Origin: Caldimicrobium thiodismutans
GTDB taxonomy: Bacteria; Desulfobacterota; Thermodesulfobacteria; Thermodesulfobacteriales; Thermodesulfobacteriaceae
Assembly (NCBI RefSeq): GCF_001548275.1
Contig: NZ_AP014945.1
Span: 390,001-422,000, forward strand
Direction: 5' to 3'
DNA length: 32,000 nucleotides
The notes beneath the pieces were generated by a model. The model saw nothing but the letters and a program-made list of their open reading frames with translations, ran no database searches and was not told the origin of the DNA. The translations under genes and the position numbers were made by a program. The stretch's first letter is position 1. Each line of letters starts with the position of its first letter. Shown here in pieces: positions 1-10,635 of this stretch.

Positions 1-504
1 GGGGCTGAGATAGCCTTGGAGGGCCTTAAGAAATATCAAGAGGACCCTGATCTCTCCCTTGCTCTGGCCTCAAATTATGCCTGTTTAGAGGATTATCAAA
101 AGGTGCTTGAGGTTGTCTCTCCACTTTTGAAAAAGTTACCTGAAGATGCCTATATCTTAAATTTTGTTGGTTATAGCCTGGTTGAGCTTGGGCGTGAATT
201 TGAAAAGGCTGAAGAGCTTCTTCTTAAAGCAGAAAAAATCAAACCCAATGATCCCTATATTGAGGATAGCCTTGGCTGGCTCTATTTTAAAAAAGATGAT
301 TTAGAAAAAGCTAAGGCCTATCTGGAAAAGGCCTTTAAAAATGCCAAAACAGATGAACCTGTTATCTGGGAACATTTAGGTGACCTATACCTCAAGTTAC
401 AAAAGAAGAAAGAGGCCTGTGAGCTATATAAAAAGGCCCTGGAAAAGACCGTTCACAAGAGAGAGAAAAATAGACTTTTAGAAAAGGTTAAGGCATGTCC
501 TTAA
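1..504 (+). CDS. TPR-repeat protein, C-terminal part (5' end lies outside the window)
   Basis: The frame is open from base 1, and the listed ORF 16..504 starts at an internal TTG. The translation shows repeated TPR-like helix pairs (ALASNYACLEDYQKVLEV, DSLGWLYFKKDDLEKAKAYLEKAF, LGDLYLKLQKKKEACELYKKAL). Confidence 0.8.
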   Translation, partial: GAEIALEGLKKYQEDPDLSLALASNYACLEDYQKVLEVVSPLLKKLPEDAYILNFVGYSLVELGREFEKAEELLLKAEKIKPNDPYIEDSLGWLYFKKDDLEKAKAYLEKAFKNAKTDEPVIWEHLGDLYLKLQKKKEACELYKKALEKTVHKREKNRLLEKVKACP

Positions 505-1073
505 AAAGATTTATAATTTTCTTTTTATTTTTTCTTTTAACAAGTTGTGCCTACAAAGAAGTTCAAGTCCCCTCAGTCTATTTAACTCTTGCTACAGAGG
601 GATTTCAGGGGAGAACCCTTAAAGGCAGGGTCTTTTTCCAGGGGGAGTTATTTTTTTTAAATGATAATAATTCAAGTGGTGGATCCTATGGAACCTTTTA
701 TACTACAGCGGATGAATTGATCTTAATTTTAACTCCCCCTCTTTCCACAGAGATTTTTATCTATTGGAAAAGAGGAGAAGAAGTGAGGGTTTTAAATACT
801 TCTAAAAAAAAGGTCTATACCATTAAAATAAAAGAATTAAGAGATATTGATTTCCCTTCCTATTTTTTGGGTTTAAAAGAAAGGGAGCGCTCCTTTAAGA
901 AGGGCTTTTTCTCGGGAGAATATCGCTTTTCGGATAAAGATCTACAGGGGACTCTGGAAAGTAATTTACTTAAACTTAACTGGAAGATAAAAGAAATAGC
1001 CTTTACAGAAGAGACTTTGCCCCGTCCTGATTGGAAGGACTTTAAAGAAAAGGATATTAAGTTAATCTTTTAA
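495..1073 (+). CDS. Lipoprotein, possibly LolB/DUF4292-like (function uncertain)
   Basis: The N-terminal signal peptide has a lipobox (FFLFFLLTSC|AYK). The start overlaps the TPR gene stop by 10 nt. Size (~190 aa) and position after a TPR gene fit LolB-like lipoproteins, but I cannot confirm the family. Confidence 0.7.
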   Translation: MSLKRFIIFFLFFLLTSCAYKEVQVPSVYLTLATEGFQGRTLKGRVFFQGELFFLNDNNSSGGSYGTFYTTADELILILTPPLSTEIFIYWKRGEEVRVLNTSKKKVYTIKIKELRDIDFPSYFLGLKERERSFKKGFFSGEYRFSDKDLQGTLESNLLKLNWKIKEIAFTEETLPRPDWKDFKEKDIKLIF

Positions 1074-2282
1074 TTTAAGAATTACCTCTTCTACTCTCTG
1101 AGGAACCGCTCGGTGAATTATAATCTTTAAATTTTTATAATTTATGATTTCTCCCCTTTCAGGAATCCTTTTTAAGATGTGATAAATAAAGCCATTTAGG
1201 GTTTCATAATCTCCTGAAGGAATGGGTAGGCCCAATTCCTGAAGCTTTTCAATCTCTATCCAGCCTTTTACCAAAAATTCCTCTGGAGAGAGTCTTTTTA
1301 ATTCAGGCTCGTGATAGTCTAAGGCATCTCTAAATTCCCCCAGCACCTCCTCAACAAGGTCTTCTATAGTAAGTATTCCAGTAACTAAGCCATACTCATC
1401 TACAACAATGCTTATTTCCTGAGCACCTTCCTGCATCATCTTTAAAGCCTGATGGGCAGGGATAAGTTCAGGTATAAAAAGAGGAGCTCTTGCTAAGCGG
1501 ATGAGGGGAATCTTTTTTTCTGTAAGAACTTTCCCCAGAATGTCCTGAACCCTTAAGATATACTTTATCTTGGATGGATCTCCCTCATAGAGAGGAATAT
1601 AGGAAAAATTATATTTACTTGTAAATTCAAGGGCCTCCTCTAAGGTTGCATCAAGGGGTAGGGCTTTGACCTTGGGAAGGGGAATCATAACTTGAACCAC
1701 TTTTTTTCTTCCAAATTCAAGAATACTCTGCATGAGTCTTTTTTCCATAAGATCAATTTCCCTTTCATAACTTATCATGGTGAGAAAGACCTCTCTGAAT
1801 CTGGTCAAAAAATAGGGGCGATTGTGGTCTTCATTTTTTAAAAAAAGGCCCAAAAATCTTTGATTGAGAAAGTAAATTGGATAAAAAAGATAAGAAATAA
1901 AGTAAAGCGGTGGAGCCAGATACAATACCAGAGGATAGGCTAACTTTTTACCAATACTCTTAGGCAGGATCTGTCCAAAGAGAAGGATAAAAAAGGGTAA
2001 TACAAAGGAACTTAAAAATATTCCCCAGCCCTTAAAGACACGGATTAATAAATAAGAGGTAAAAATACCGTTACCGGCAATACTCAGGGTAATGCCAAGT
2101 GTAGTTGTGGTAAAAAGCCTTTCTGGATCCTGCCAGAACCTCAGACATATCCGTGCAGAGCGATTCTTAGCGCTAATTCGTTCTATGAGCATTTTTTCAG
2201 CAGAGACAAAGGAGATCTCACTTAAGGCAAAAAAGGCCTCTAAAAAACTGAAAACTGCTAAAGATATAAGGGCCTCAAACAT
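1062..2282 (-). CDS. CNNM/HlyC/CorC-family membrane protein (DUF21 TM domain + CBS pair + CorC_HlyC C-terminal domain)
   Basis: 406 aa. The N-terminus is hydrophobic with multiple TM segments. CBS-like segments follow (VMIPLPKVKALPLDATLEEALEFTSKYNFSYIPLY; ISIVVDEYGLVTGILTIEDLVEEVLGEF), then a C-terminal transporter-associated domain (ETLNGFIYHILKRIPERGE). Confidence 0.9.
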   Translation of the reverse strand: MFEALISLAVFSFLEAFFALSEISFVSAEKMLIERISAKNRSARICLRFWQDPERLFTTTTLGITLSIAGNGIFTSYLLIRVFKGWGIFLSSFVLPFFILLFGQILPKSIGKKLAYPLVLYLAPPLYFISYLFYPIYFLNQRFLGLFLKNEDHNRPYFLTRFREVFLTMISYEREIDLMEKRLMQSILEFGRKKVVQVMIPLPKVKALPLDATLEEALEFTSKYNFSYIPLYEGDPSKIKYILRVQDILGKVLTEKKIPLIRLARAPLFIPELIPAHQALKMMQEGAQEISIVVDEYGLVTGILTIEDLVEEVLGEFRDALDYHEPELKRLSPEEFLVKGWIEIEKLQELGLPIPSGDYETLNGFIYHILKRIPERGEIINYKNLKIIIHRAVPQRVEEVILKLKD

Positions 2283-3549
2283 TTCTTTTTCTTACAGCCT
2301 CAACAAAGAGAATTTTTCTACCTCTAATTTTTTGAATTATAAATTCCCAGTTTTTATAAGATGCCCTTTCTCCTTCCTTAGGAATCCCCTTAAAAAGCGC
2401 AAGAATAAAGCCATTTACAGTTTTCAAATCTTCAAATTCTTCATCTAATATTAAATTTAATTCTTCCTTTACTTCATCCAAAAGAGCCCGACCCGAAAGC
2501 AGGTATCTGTCTTCCGAGAGTTTTTGAAGGCTTTGAACAGGTTTCTCTTTTTCACTGAGAATTTCCCCAAAAAGCTCTTCCAGAATGTCCTCAAGGCTAA
2601 TTAGGCCCTTGAGAGTCCCATATTCATCTACAACAAGGGCAATTTTTTGATGTCTCTTCTGAAATTCAAAGAGCAGATCCCTTACCTTAAAATTTTCTGG
2701 AATAAAATAGGCAGGCCTGACAAGTTCAGAAAGGTATTTGGTTTCAAAAGAAGAGGGCTTGAAAGTTTTAAGGATATCTTTTACATAGAGGATTCCAATT
2801 ACCTCGTCCAAAGATTCTTTATAGATAGGAAATTTGTTATATGGATAGATTCTTAGTTTTTCCATAAATTCTATAGTTAAGGGTTGATCCTTAAAGGCTA
2901 TGATCTCAGATCTCGGGGTCATAATGGCTGAAACAGGAATCTTCTCTGAGAGAAAGAGCCCATAAATGAATTCTTTTTCGGTCTCGCTGATTTTTTTCTC
3001 CTGATAAGCAAGCTCCAAGGAGTGAAGAATAATTTGTTCTACAGGGGTAAAAGTTTCTTTTTCGGTATCCTTTTCCCACTGAGGAATAAATTGTTCTATT
3101 AAGAGATAGATTTTATAAATGAGGCCTCTTACAGGGAGTAAGAGTAGATAAAAAAAATAGGTTAAGGGAATGATTTTAAGGACAAGGGTTGCTCTTAATC
3201 TGAAACCCAGAACTTTTGGAAAAAAGTCAGCCAACCAGAAACTAATAAGGGCATATATGAAAAAGGCTGGTGTGCGGATTTCTTCTGAAAAAAGGAGAGT
3301 AATAGCTCCAGCAAAGGAGAAACTTGCAAAATAATCAGCCAGTTCGTTTCCTGAAAGGAGGGCAAAGAGAAGCTGATCTGGATTCTGAAGCATTTTTAAA
3401 TACCTTTCCTTCAACCCTAAGCTTTGAAGACTTGCAAGATCCATTCTTGAAAGAGAAAATATACTTGCCTCACTTGCAGAAAGGAGCATAGAAAAAAGTA
3501 AACCCAAAAGGGCTAAGAAAAGATAAATTTCTGCCATTTCAGGCAACAA
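2275..3549 (-). CDS. CNNM/HlyC/CorC-family membrane protein, tandem paralog of 1062..2282
   Basis: 424 aa with the same architecture (IALVVDEYGTLKGLISLEDILEELFGEI; TVNGFILALFKGIPKEGE). It overlaps the downstream paralog by 8 nt. Confidence 0.9.
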   Translation of the reverse strand: MLPEMAEIYLFLALLGLLFSMLLSASEASIFSLSRMDLASLQSLGLKERYLKMLQNPDQLLFALLSGNELADYFASFSFAGAITLLFSEEIRTPAFFIYALISFWLADFFPKVLGFRLRATLVLKIIPLTYFFYLLLLPVRGLIYKIYLLIEQFIPQWEKDTEKETFTPVEQIILHSLELAYQEKKISETEKEFIYGLFLSEKIPVSAIMTPRSEIIAFKDQPLTIEFMEKLRIYPYNKFPIYKESLDEVIGILYVKDILKTFKPSSFETKYLSELVRPAYFIPENFKVRDLLFEFQKRHQKIALVVDEYGTLKGLISLEDILEELFGEILSEKEKPVQSLQKLSEDRYLLSGRALLDEVKEELNLILDEEFEDLKTVNGFILALFKGIPKEGERASYKNWEFIIQKIRGRKILFVEAVRKRNV

Positions 3550-4330
3550 AAAGAATTTGTTGAAAAAGAGGAAAGTCCCCTGATTTAGGAAGGCCTATTT
3601 TTTTATTAAGGTTTCCTTTAATTTTTAGAAGATTTAAACCTGAAGTAAGGTCAATATCCTCTATAAGTTCCTCTCCATCTTTTAATTCTTCAAGAATACT
3701 GGCCTCAGTTATAAGGAGGGTTTTTAAATCTTTAGCCTCTTGCCAGTTTAGGAAGGGTAAAAGAGTTTGGAGCGCTCTTATGCGTTTTTCTATTTCCCAT
3801 AGCTCCTCTACTTCTATTTCTTGTAAGGCCCCTTCAGAAGACAAATCCTCCATGGTCTCATCTTTAAAGAGAATCTTTTCTTCAAAAAATTCCTGCCATT
3901 TGGTGATAAAGTTCTTTAAAGAGAAGGCGACCTCTAAAAGGTTTTCATCTAACTCTTCCGCTATGCTTAAAAGTAAATAGGCCTTTTCAATTGGGGAGTT
4001 AAAGGCCTTCTTCTTGGGGAAAAGGGGATAGGCCTCTTCAAAGAGGTCTTGATGAAGATGATAAAGTCTTAAGGCATCAGGAGTTCTGAGATAAAGAGCA
4101 AGATTTTGCATCTCCTCAAGCACTCTTGATAAAAGCTCTTCAGATAACTGGATCTTCTCCGAAAAATTCAGGAATTTTATTTTTGATAAGAGCTGAGGGA
4201 ATCTTTTCTGAATGCGCTCCCTGGTTTTTATAAGTTTTATCAGAAAGAATTCTTCTACATGGTCAAGGCTTTTCAGAATCTTGGGTGGATAAAAAAGGCT
4301 TTGAGGGTAGAGAAAGACTTTAAGTTTCAT
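3539..4330 (-). CDS. Hypothetical acidic helical protein
   Basis: A 263-aa ORF in an operon-like arrangement, overlapping the next gene by 11 nt. I recognise no family. Confidence 0.65.
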   Translation of the reverse strand: MKLKVFLYPQSLFYPPKILKSLDHVEEFFLIKLIKTRERIQKRFPQLLSKIKFLNFSEKIQLSEELLSRVLEEMQNLALYLRTPDALRLYHLHQDLFEEAYPLFPKKKAFNSPIEKAYLLLSIAEELDENLLEVAFSLKNFITKWQEFFEEKILFKDETMEDLSSEGALQEIEVEELWEIEKRIRALQTLLPFLNWQEAKDLKTLLITEASILEELKDGEELIEDIDLTSGLNLLKIKGNLNKKIGLPKSGDFPLFQQILFVA

Positions 4331-4338
4331 AGAGAAAA

Positions 4339-4941
4339 CTATGCAAAGATTTTAAGTAAAAGGGCCTTAATGTATTCAAGTTGCCTTTCGTATTCTTGAT
4401 CAAGGCGATCTTTAATTTTTCTCCATTCCTCTTGAAATTGAGGATGTGCTTCTGGCGAGAGCTTTACCTCTGTCCCCATTTGTTGAGAAACTGCCTTTTC
4501 TAAGGCATTCAGGCTTGCAGAGAATCTTCTTACCATCTCCTGATAGAGAGCCTCCTTTTGAAAGAAATATTCTTGAAGCATTTTCTGCGTCTCCTCTAAT
4601 AATTTATCCACTTGAGGAATCTGATTTAAAAAGTCCTTGAGAGTTTTCAGAAGTTCCTGGCTATCCTTTAAGTGGTATTCTTCCTTAGGTAGAGTGAGAT
4701 TTTTTAAAAGAGCCTCCAGCACAACCTTCAAAACTTTTTTCTTATGCCTTTCAGGAACCTTAGCTAAGAAGGTTTTAACTTCGCCCTTAAAATCCTGAGT
4801 CTCCCTTTTTAGATATTTTCCAACCAAAGACAATGCCCTTTCCTTTAATCTCTCCCATTCCAGCTCTTCAGGGGAGGCCTTACCTATCTTTTCAGCCTTT
4901 TCCAAAGCGATCTCTAAAGCACTCTTTATAATATCACCCAT
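4339..4941 (-). CDS. Hypothetical coiled-coil protein
   Basis: A 200-aa ORF. GGAGG (plus-strand CCTCC at 4947-4951) lies 5 nt upstream of the ATG. The sequence is K/E-rich and helical, with no family recognised. Confidence 0.7.
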   Translation of the reverse strand: MGDIIKSALEIALEKAEKIGKASPEELEWERLKERALSLVGKYLKRETQDFKGEVKTFLAKVPERHKKKVLKVVLEALLKNLTLPKEEYHLKDSQELLKTLKDFLNQIPQVDKLLEETQKMLQEYFFQKEALYQEMVRRFSASLNALEKAVSQQMGTEVKLSPEAHPQFQEEWRKIKDRLDQEYERQLEYIKALLLKIFA

Positions 4942-4985
4942 CTAAGCCTCCTAACACCACTATTTGCCCTTTTTAGACATATTAA

Positions 4986-5013
4986 AAGATACTCATTTTA
5001 AAAGATTTGTCAA
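4986..5013 (-). promoter_or_regulatory. Putative sigma70-type promoter for the 4941..1062 operon
   Basis: Read on the minus strand: TTGACA (5013-5008), a 16-nt spacer, then TATCTT (4991-4986). The -35 box lies 5 nt from the left terminus of repeat copy 1. Confidence 0.45.
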
Positions 5014-5018
5014 TTCTA

Positions 5019-5298
5019 TGTATGCGTCCTTATCTTTCCTGCTTACGCAGGCAGGTGAGAATTAATATAGTAGGGATAAACCTATGTGTTTGCCCATTAT
5101 GTGTTCCTCGTAATGCCTCATTTAATTTTCTAAAGGAAATTATTTTACTTTCCCCTCCTTTTTATGATCAATTTTTTCCCGATAATAATTCCCTTTTTTC
5201 TATAAATATGCTCTCTCAAGCATTTTCTGATAACTCCTTATCTTTCTGCAAAGCTCCTTTACCTTTCCACCTATTCTTTCCTTGAAATAAGCTTTGTG
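5019..5298 (+). repeat. Intergenic mosaic element, copy 1 (long and degenerate)
   Basis: It starts TGTATGCGTCCTTATCTTT. It contains a degenerate B hairpin (GTAGGGATAAACCTATGTGTTTGCCC, 5071-5096), a CT-rich tail (CTTTACCTTTCCACCTATTCTTTCCTTGAAATAA) and a truncated right end. Confidence 0.7.
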
Positions 5299-5453
5299 AA
5301 AGAACTAAGCTCTTAAATTCAAGATGGGCGAAATAGATAGTTTTTTCGTGAAGGTTCAAGAGAGGAGCTGAGATTTTTTATATGAGGCAACGATAAATTT
5401 CGAATAGATTTTTAATGAGGCAATTCGTCCTTTGCATTATTGGGGCAGATATT

Positions 5454-5981
5454 TTATTTTTTTAGTTTTTCCAAAAGTAAAAAGATGGCAACTCCAAAGG
5501 CTATGGAGACATTTAGGGATTCCTTTTTGCCAAAAAGGGGTATCTCTAAGATTAAATCCGAGGCTGAAAGAGCTGCTTCTGAGACACCGGAGACCTCGTT
5601 TCCTATAATGAGGGCTAAAGGGAAATGCTCTTTTTTTATTTCCTGCACCGGGATGCTTTGATTTGTAATTTCTAAGGAGGCTATTGTGTAGCCCTTATTT
5701 TTAAAAGCCTCTATTGTGCTTAGCACGGAAAGGGCATACTCCCAGGGCACGGATTTAGTTGTGCCAAGGGCAGTCTTTTCTATTCCACCGTGAGGAGGAG
5801 TCGGAGTAATTCCGCAGAGAATAAGCTTTTCAATATGGGCACACTCTGCCGTGCGAAAGATGGAGCCTACATTATAGGCGCTTCTTAAATTATCAAGAAT
5901 TGCTACTACTGGAAAAGGTTGCGCTCTCCTGTTTTTACTCCAGCGAGCCAGAATTTCATCTGATTCTAATTTCTTTAGCAT
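5454..5981 (-). CDS. SpoU/TrmH-family RNA 2'-O-methyltransferase
   Basis: 175 aa with SPOUT motifs (LDNLRSAYNVGSIFRTAE; ALIIGNEVSGVS; IPLFGKKESLNVSIAFGVAIF). Confidence 0.9.
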   Translation of the reverse strand: MLKKLESDEILARWSKNRRAQPFPVVAILDNLRSAYNVGSIFRTAECAHIEKLILCGITPTPPHGGIEKTALGTTKSVPWEYALSVLSTIEAFKNKGYTIASLEITNQSIPVQEIKKEHFPLALIIGNEVSGVSEAALSASDLILEIPLFGKKESLNVSIAFGVAIFLLLEKLKK

Positions 5982-6439
5982 GCACCATAGGGAATTGAGG
6001 AGTGATGGGCAATAATTTTTATTAAACCCCCTTCAAATTTTTTATAGACAAAGGTAAACTCAACATCCCTTGCTTTCTCGGAATTTTTCAAATAAAAGAG
6101 ATATTTTCCCTGAGATAGAGCTATGTCCTGAAAATATAGCTCTCCTGCTATTTCAAATTCAATCTCCCTAAAATTTTGCAGAGCAAACCCAATGTCTTCA
6201 GGATATTTTCCACCTATAAAATAGGAAAGAGCTGATTCAAAATTTAATCTAAAGGGCACTTCTCTGGCTAAGGTAGGTTTAAAAAGCACTATTCCATAAT
6301 CGTATGCATAAAGCCTTTTTAAAAAATTTTCTGCAAGTTCCCTGTAATTCTGCCCCATCTGATAGGCCTTACTTATCTCAAGAATCCCTTTTTTCCATTC
6401 TTCTTGAATCTTGCGAATCTCTTCAGGGGTAATACTCAT
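5975..6439 (-). CDS. NTF2/SnoaL-like fold protein (function unknown)
   Basis: A 154-aa ORF with GGAGG upstream. Size and sequence pattern resemble DUF4440/SnoaL-like proteins. This assignment is tentative. Confidence 0.6.
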   Translation of the reverse strand: MSITPEEIRKIQEEWKKGILEISKAYQMGQNYRELAENFLKRLYAYDYGIVLFKPTLAREVPFRLNFESALSYFIGGKYPEDIGFALQNFREIEFEIAGELYFQDIALSQGKYLFYLKNSEKARDVEFTFVYKKFEGGLIKIIAHHSSIPYGAC

Positions 6440-6476
6440 AGTAGCCTCCTCTCTTTAAGGTTTTATATGAAAAATT

Positions 6477-7733
6477 TTAAACCAGGCTTACCGGTAATAA
6501 GGGGATTTTAAGAGCCCTTCCTTTGACAAGGGGTTTTTCCTTGGTTACAGGTAGGCTCGTTCCATGTATAAGAGTTGTTCTTCCATATTTCAGGTTAATC
6601 TCATCAACAGTTTTATAAAGGCCTTTTAAGTCCTTTGTGCCTTTGTTTTTCTCAAAAAGACCCAGTTGAAGTCTTTGCTTGGAGGTAAGATCCTTTAAAA
6701 TAACCCCCACTTGCCTGAAAAGAAGCCCTTCTCTATAGAGTTCCTCAAAGGCCTTTCGCAAAAGGGGAAGCAAGTCTCTGGGATAGGCAGAAGGGTAGGG
6801 AAGTTTTAATTCCATAGCATGCACCTTAAATTCCTGGTCCTTTAAAAAGTAAAGGAGCCTCTGAGCTGAAAGCCCATAAGCCCTGGCTTTAAAACAGGCC
6901 ATTTCAAGGTTAAAGGCGCTTTGGGCTAAGAGAAATTCCTGATTATCCGTTGGTGTAAAGGAAAGGGCCTTGCTAATGCTTTTGTAATTTGCCTTTATAT
7001 CAGGTATAACGGGATAGACCTGAACCCCTCTTAATTCAAGCCAAATCTCGTAATGGGGTTTAGTAAAGTGTTTTTTTATAAAATTCTCGCTGGCTTTTGC
7101 AAAGTCAAGGGCTGAATAAATTCCAAGTTTTTCACAGAGGGCTGAGGTCTGAGGACCAATTCCCCAGATCTCTGAAATTGGTAAATTTTTGAGATAATGA
7201 TGAATTTCTCTTCCAGCTATCAAAGTTAGACCATCGGGCTTGCGAAATCCTGAGGCAACCTTAGCCAGCACTTTGGTAAGGCTTATGCCTACCGAAACAG
7301 TTATCCCCAGCTCTCTCTTAATGGTTTCCTTTATTTTTAAGCCCAGCTCTTCATAGCTTGACCGATAATATCTCCTCAGACCCTTTAAATCAGCAAAAGC
7401 CTCATCAATGGAATATTCCTCAACCATAGGGCTAAATCTCTTTAAAATTTCAAAAAGCCTTAAGGAAAAGAGGGAATACCTTTCGTAATCCGATTCAAGG
7501 ATTACACATTCAGGGAATTTACGAGAGACCTCAAGGATAGTCATTCCCCGTTTGATTCCTAAGGCCTTGCCTTCATAACTTACCGCAGTAACAATCCCTC
7601 TTTCTTTACCTACTACAACGGGCTTCCCTTTAAGTTCAGGATTGACTGCCTGTTCTACCGAGGCGAAAAAGGCATTGGCATCAAGGTGAAGAATAGCTTG
7701 AGGAAACCCATAAATATTCAGGGGATAATCCAT
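6477..7733 (-). CDS. Y-family DNA polymerase (UmuC/DinB type)
   Basis: 418 aa with the motifs LDANAFFASVEQ and YSIDEAFADLKG (closest to the UmuC YSIDEAFCDL motif), plus the little-finger region. It sits directly downstream of a UmuD-like gene. Confidence 0.92.
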   Translation of the reverse strand: MDYPLNIYGFPQAILHLDANAFFASVEQAVNPELKGKPVVVGKERGIVTAVSYEGKALGIKRGMTILEVSRKFPECVILESDYERYSLFSLRLFEILKRFSPMVEEYSIDEAFADLKGLRRYYRSSYEELGLKIKETIKRELGITVSVGISLTKVLAKVASGFRKPDGLTLIAGREIHHYLKNLPISEIWGIGPQTSALCEKLGIYSALDFAKASENFIKKHFTKPHYEIWLELRGVQVYPVIPDIKANYKSISKALSFTPTDNQEFLLAQSAFNLEMACFKARAYGLSAQRLLYFLKDQEFKVHAMELKLPYPSAYPRDLLPLLRKAFEELYREGLLFRQVGVILKDLTSKQRLQLGLFEKNKGTKDLKGLYKTVDEINLKYGRTTLIHGTSLPVTKEKPLVKGRALKIPLLPVSLV

Positions 7734-7742
7734 ACCCTTATT

Positions 7743-8126
7743 TTAACGATACTTTCTAATAACTGCAATAACTACCCCGAAGACCTCTCCATCTCTTTCC
7801 TGAGAGAGAATAAGGGGTTGATATTGAGGATGGGCAGGTTTAAGAAGAATTTTTCCCTTTTCGCGAAAAAAATACTTCATGGTCCATTCATCTTCAATCC
7901 TTACAACAACAATGTCATTATTCTTAGGGGTTAGAGATCTATCCACTAAAACATAATCTCCGGGGAGGATACCAGCTTCTAACATAGATTCTCCAACTAC
8001 CCGAATAAGAAAAGTGGAGGAGGGATTGGAAATGAGCCACTCCTCCATACTAATGCTCTCTAAAAGGGTATCTTCAGATTGAGAGGGAAAGCCTGCTGAG
8101 ATGTATCCGAGAAAGAGTATCTCCAA
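7743..8126 (-). CDS. UmuD-like S24 peptidase (LexA C-terminal domain only)
   Basis: Alignable by eye to E. coli UmuD: an Ala-Gly cleavage motif (ISA|GFPS), the catalytic Ser in GESM, the Lys in TMKYF, and a C-terminal FGVVIAVIRK. The start is uncertain: TTG at 8126, only 6 nt after the ahcY stop, with no SD. Confidence 0.85.
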   Translation of the reverse strand: MEILFLGYISAGFPSQSEDTLLESISMEEWLISNPSSTFLIRVVGESMLEAGILPGDYVLVDRSLTPKNNDIVVVRIEDEWTMKYFFREKGKILLKPAHPQYQPLILSQERDGEVFGVVIAVIRKYR

Positions 8127-8132
8127 GGTAGA

Positions 8133-9401
<1,269 letters not shown>

Positions 9402-10565
9402 TTATCTGTCAAAACCAGCAAGTTCCTTAATTTTTTCCACCATATCTACCTTTTCCCAATTAAATTCAGGCTCAGGTCTTCCAAAGTGTCCGTAGCAGGC
9501 AGTTTTTCTAAAAATGGGGCGCCTTAAGTTAAGATAATCAATCATGTGTTTGGGCCTGAAGCAAAAGAGTTTGTTTATGATCTCAAGGATTTTATCAACG
9601 GGTATAGCCTCTGTCCCATAGGTATTAACATTTATAGCTAAGGGTTCCGGAACTCCAATGGCATAAGCAACCTGAACTTCAAGCTCCCGGGCTACTCCTG
9701 CTGAAACAAGATTCTTGGCTACATAACGGGCATAATAAGAAGGAGTTCTATCAACCTTAGTGGCATCCTTTCCAGAAAAGGCTCCTCCTCCATGGTGGCC
9801 CCTTCCTCCGTAGGTATCAACAATTATTTTTCTTCCTGTCATTCCACAGTCTGCTAAGGGACCTCCGATAACAAATCTTCCAGTTCCATTGATTATAATT
9901 TTGGTATCTGATCTTAAGTGTTCAGAGGCAATGACCTTTTTGATCACCTCTTCATAAATAGCCTCTCTGAGTTCTTTTAAGGTAACGGTTGGATCATGTT
10001 GAGCAGCAATGACAACCGTGTGAACATCAACAGGGCGTCTATCCTCATATCTTACAGTTACTTGCGTTTTCCCATCTGGCCTGAGGAAGGGGAGTATTCC
10101 CTTTTTTCTAACCTCTGCAAGCCTCATGGCCAGTTTATGGGCATACCATATAGGCATGGGCATAAGATCAGGGGTCTCATCACAGGCATAACCAAACATC
10201 AACCCCTGGTCTCCAGCTCCAATCTCTCCATCCCTCTCAATTCCCATGGCAATATCAGGGCTCTGGCGGTCAATACTAATTAAAACAGCACAGGTTTGAT
10301 AGTCAAAACCAAGATCTGAGTGGTTATAACCTATTTCTTTGACTACACCTCTGGCAATAGTCGGATAATCCACACGGGCCTCTGTGGTAATCTCACCAGC
10401 AATGAGAATCATCCCTGTGTTCACCAGCGTCTCACATGCCACTCGGGCATAAGGATCCTTTTCCAAAATGGCATCAAGCACAGCATCAGAGATCTGATCT
10501 GCAACCTTATCCGGATGCCCCTCGGTTACAGATTCTGAGGTAAAAAGAAAGTTTTTTACAAGCAT
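9402..10565 (-). CDS. metK: S-adenosylmethionine synthetase
   Basis: 387 aa with the motifs [33 protein letters not shown] and [16 protein letters not shown]. Confidence 0.98.
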   Translation of the reverse strand: MLVKNFLFTSESVTEGHPDKVADQISDAVLDAILEKDPYARVACETLVNTGMILIAGEITTEARVDYPTIARGVVKEIGYNHSDLGFDYQTCAVLISIDRQSPDIAMGIERDGEIGAGDQGLMFGYACDETPDLMPMPIWYAHKLAMRLAEVRKKGILPFLRPDGKTQVTVRYEDRRPVDVHTVVIAAQHDPTVTLKELREAIYEEVIKKVIASEHLRSDTKIIINGTGRFVIGGPLADCGMTGRKIIVDTYGGRGHHGGGAFSGKDATKVDRTPSYYARYVAKNLVSAGVARELEVQVAYAIGVPEPLAINVNTYGTEAIPVDKILEIINKLFCFRPKHMIDYLNLRRPIFRKTACYGHFGRPEPEFNWEKVDMVEKIKELAGFDR

Positions 10566-10601
10566 TTTTTAGCCCTCCTTCCACAAAATTCTTGAAAAAC
10601 A

Positions 10602-10629
10602 AATTTACTATAAATTTTTTTATTATCAA
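10602..10629 (-). promoter_or_regulatory. Putative promoter of the metK-ahcY-umuD-like-polY-NTF2-spoU gene string
   Basis: Read on the minus strand: TTGATA (10629-10624), a 16-nt spacer, then TAAATT (10607-10602). The -35 box lies 6 nt from the left terminus of repeat copy 2. Confidence 0.45.
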
Positions 10630-10635
10630 CTCAAC

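Noticed and set aside
1-25. GGGGCTGA at the window start, which resembles a tmRNA 5' end
   Set aside because: It lies in an open TPR-protein reading frame, and no tRNA-like acceptor/T-arm partner or tag ORF follows.
5007-5285. ORF-track proteins 5007..5285 (92 aa) and 11607..11840 (77 aa), which share Cys-rich and PLPFHL strings
   Set aside because: Both lie inside repeat copies 1 and 3. The shared peptide strings come from the repeated DNA, but the hairpin module is read in different frames in the two copies (LCVCP versus TMCLP). Indels between copies break any common frame, and neither ORF has an SD. They are translated repeat sequence, not genes.
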